Assembly: GCF_964213995.1 (NCBI RefSeq) | Contig: NC_135826.1 | Coordinates: forward strand, 15,128,001-15,192,000 | Length of the DNA stretch: 64,000 nucleotides | Direction: 5' to 3' | Source: Mustelus asterias | Taxonomy: Eukaryota | Part shown: piece by piece, positions 61,350 to 64,000 of the stretch | How the letters are laid out: each line of letters opens with the position of its first letter | Numbering within the stretch: position 1 is the stretch's first letter | Made by a program: the position numbers and the translations under genes | The notes under the pieces: model-generated | Told to the model about the DNA's origin: nothing | What the model saw: the letters and a program-made list of their open reading frames with translations, nothing else | Database searches by the model: none

Positions 61350-62320
61350 CCATTCCTACATTGCACTGAATCAAGAGCAATGCCTTTGGAAATCTTACTT
61401 CACAAAGGTTGTGTCGCCTCCTTTATGTGGACCCTGAGCCTCAAGTGGTCAAGGTCCTCCAGGAAGGATAACTGGGAAGATAATAGTATCCTTAAATTAT
61501 ACGTTGTTGGTTCCTTCCAGATGAGAGCAAATGTCACGTGCACCTCACAAATTGCTGTGCATAGAACCATAAGGGAAGCCAAAGCAGCCCTGTTTAGAAA
61601 AAGAGGGCACTCAATTATTTCTCTGAAGATGAAAGGGTACATAATATTTTCTGGATAGCAGGCTTCCTGATGTTGTATTTATGTGACTGCAGGTGCCCCG
61701 CATCAATGGGGCGTGATACTGCAATTAGAAGCTTTCACTCACCCAAACCAGTTGATGTGTGACCTTGGGAAATATCCGCTATCCCGGCAACACCCATGAA
61801 GCTTTTATCCTATGACAGTTTGCAATTCTCATTGCGTTCTGCCTGAAAAACATAACAGGATAGTTGCTCAGAAACAAGAGCTATCCACTCCGCGCATGGT
61901 TCATGATTTCCTTCTGCCATTCCACCACTTGTAAAGATGCACAAAGCAGCAACTTACCATCATCCTGGATGACTTTGGCAGAAGCAGGTGGTACTAGTTC
62001 TGTAGCATTAAATGTCCATCTCCGAGGGTGCTGACATGATGGTCCTCTGCGAGTGCCTTCGATTTTGGCCTTCTTCAAGAGTGGACAGACTGACTGTGTT
62101 AATGGGCTTGGGTGAAGTGTTTGCCATAGCTGAATTGTGTACATTCAGAGGGTGAGATGTGATGTGCGCATGTGAGGAGAGGTCATTAATTTTTTTCTGG
62201 CACCACTGCCATATTCTCGAAGTTATACTTTGTGCATAAACAATCCTTGCCATGTGCTCACATTCCCTGCAGATATTCAGGCTTCCTGCCTGACTTCCCT
62301 TCCTCTCTGGCCAATAGGTC
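61350..62320. mobile_element. Highly decayed Harbinger-like remnant
   Basis: Fragments resembling HARBI1-like F.H..N.QL.CD and RYPGNTHEAFIL on the + strand. Confidence 0.4.
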
Positions 62321-62679
62321 TAGGGTAGCATCGCTAAAGCTGAGAGTCCTTTCCTTCACCTGGTATGCCAACATCTTTCTCCATCAGTGTTCCAAGTAAT
62401 TCTCCAGTAGCAGGCTGTGCATTGCTGCAATTTCCCTTAGAGATAACACCTTTTAAAATGGAAGGCTACCTCGAGCACATACTTTCTTCACAATGTCGTT
62501 TGGTCCCCTGTAGTGTGCCAAGGAAACTGACAGCACATTGGAGTCCAGTGCAGCGCCATCAGAGAAATGAAGATAATGCACAAATTTTACTTGTTACCCA
62601 CCTCGTTTCCAACAGGGTCCCATTCCCAAAAATTGGGCAAACTAATTTTTAGCCCAATGCTTCTGTTTATAAAATTAAG

Positions 62680-63620
62680 GAGTGTGTGTGCACTTTTAAC
62701 AATCTTCTCAACTTGTGTGTCCATCTTCAATTATTAGTGCACATAAGCCCCAGATGTCTGTTTCTGGATGCACTTTAGTACTGTACCATTTACTTTATCA
62801 TTATGATGCCTCTCTCATTCTTGCTACAAAAATGTATCACTTCACCCTTCCCTGTCATCTGCCAGGTTTGTGACCACTTCACAGTCTCTCTATGTCCTCA
62901 AAGTCTGTTACTTTCCTCCTCACTGCTACATTTGAGTTTCCTGTCATCTGCATATAGGGCAGTGGTCACAAAACTGGCCTCTGGGGAACACTACTGCATA
63001 CTCCTCTCCTGTCCCGTAACCCATTTTGTATCCATAGTGTCACCGCCACTATAATTTCATGGGCTTCAATTATATTAACAAGTCTGTTATGTGATATTTT
63101 ATCAAACACCTTTAGAAAGTCTATACATGAATCAAATATGCCACCTTGATCAACTCTCTCCATTACTTCACTGAACAACTCAATCAACTTAGCCCAACAC
63201 ATTTGGTCTTTAACAAACCTATGCTGATTTATTTATTAATCCATATTTTTCCAAGTGAGAATTAATTTTGGGCTGACTGGTGTGCAATTGCTTACGTCTC
63301 TGTCCTTTTTTGAACATCGTCATGAGCAGTTGCAATTCACAAATTCTCTGGCACTGTTCCCAGACCGAGAGAATTGCAAGATTACAGCCAATGTCTCTGC
63401 AATTGCCAGTGTCTCTGCAACTACCAATGTTACTTCCCTCAACAACCCAAGATACATCTACTTGGAATGCTGACTTGCTACGTTGAACATTGCCAACCTT
63501 TTAAGTACCCAATCTTTACTTTATTCACATCAATTATTTTGTTTACTACCTCCTCTTTAGCTGTGGCATTAATGGCATCATCTTCTTTAATGAAAGTGAT
63601 TTGGTACTGCAACCATGCCC
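62680..63620 (-). mobile_element. Old CR1-like RT remnant
   Basis: LIELFSEV..DFLKVFDKISHNRLV..SSVPQRPVL. Confidence 0.65.
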
Positions 63621-64000
63621 CTTGCTCCAAGAGATAAAACACCCTTTTGGTCACTAATGGGTTTACGACATTGCATTGGCAATCCAGGTTGTGCATTCAA
63701 ATCCCATAAAAGCAAGTTGGAAAACTGAATTTAATTGACTTGAGTGGAAGTAGAAAAGAACAGCCTTGAAATATGTTAATTAAGGGGATTTTCACAGTAA
63801 CTTCATTGCAGTGTAATGCAAGCCTACTTGTGACACTAATAAATAAACTTTAACTTTAGAAATATGTTAATTAAGCTAGGAATAATCCAACTCACATCTT
63901 AAATGAGAATTTCTACCCAGTGTGTGTCCATGGCAATTATTTATAGCAGCATCAAAAACTGGAGGCATGAACTATCTTGTGCAATGACAACCAATGGGAA

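Overview
This is vertebrate DNA from a cartilaginous fish (shark-type V-SINE/HE1-like SINEs, CR1 LINEs, Penelope-like elements), not prokaryotic DNA. It carries three tandem, same-orientation (+) immunoglobulin light-chain clusters. The V sequence (long CDR2, LDCN..WYKQTPG..PQWVL.FYHS..GFSS.RF, YYC.TW) and the V-12/J-23 RSS polarity point to the sigma isotype. Cluster 1 (4.25-14.5 kb) has nonsense codons in its leader and V, and a 4.8-kb Gypsy-type LTR retrotransposon sits between its V-RSS and J-RSS; its V-RSS is near-consensus and its J and C are open. Cluster 2 (34.65-39.7 kb) looks fully functional. Cluster 3 (56.3-59.3 kb) has lost octamer, leader and V, keeps J plus its RSS, has a C exon with a broken splice acceptor, and is preceded by an inverted V relic. 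The rest is nested transposable elements. Main leads, all hypotheses: (i) the functional cluster is bracketed by dead segments that keep their RSSs, and isolated CACAGTG heptamers lie in the J-C introns, which resembles the mammalian IRS/RS-KDE deletion-editing system; (ii) the LTR element has no tRNA primer site but a perfect 15-nt LTR-complementary site, suggesting self-priming; (iii) a motif-rich block is conserved upstream of all three clusters; (iv) patchwork homogenisation between clusters; (v) hammerhead-type motifs and a 299-bp palindrome from Penelope-like elements. All coordinates and identities were read by eye; TE boundaries without a TSD are approximate.
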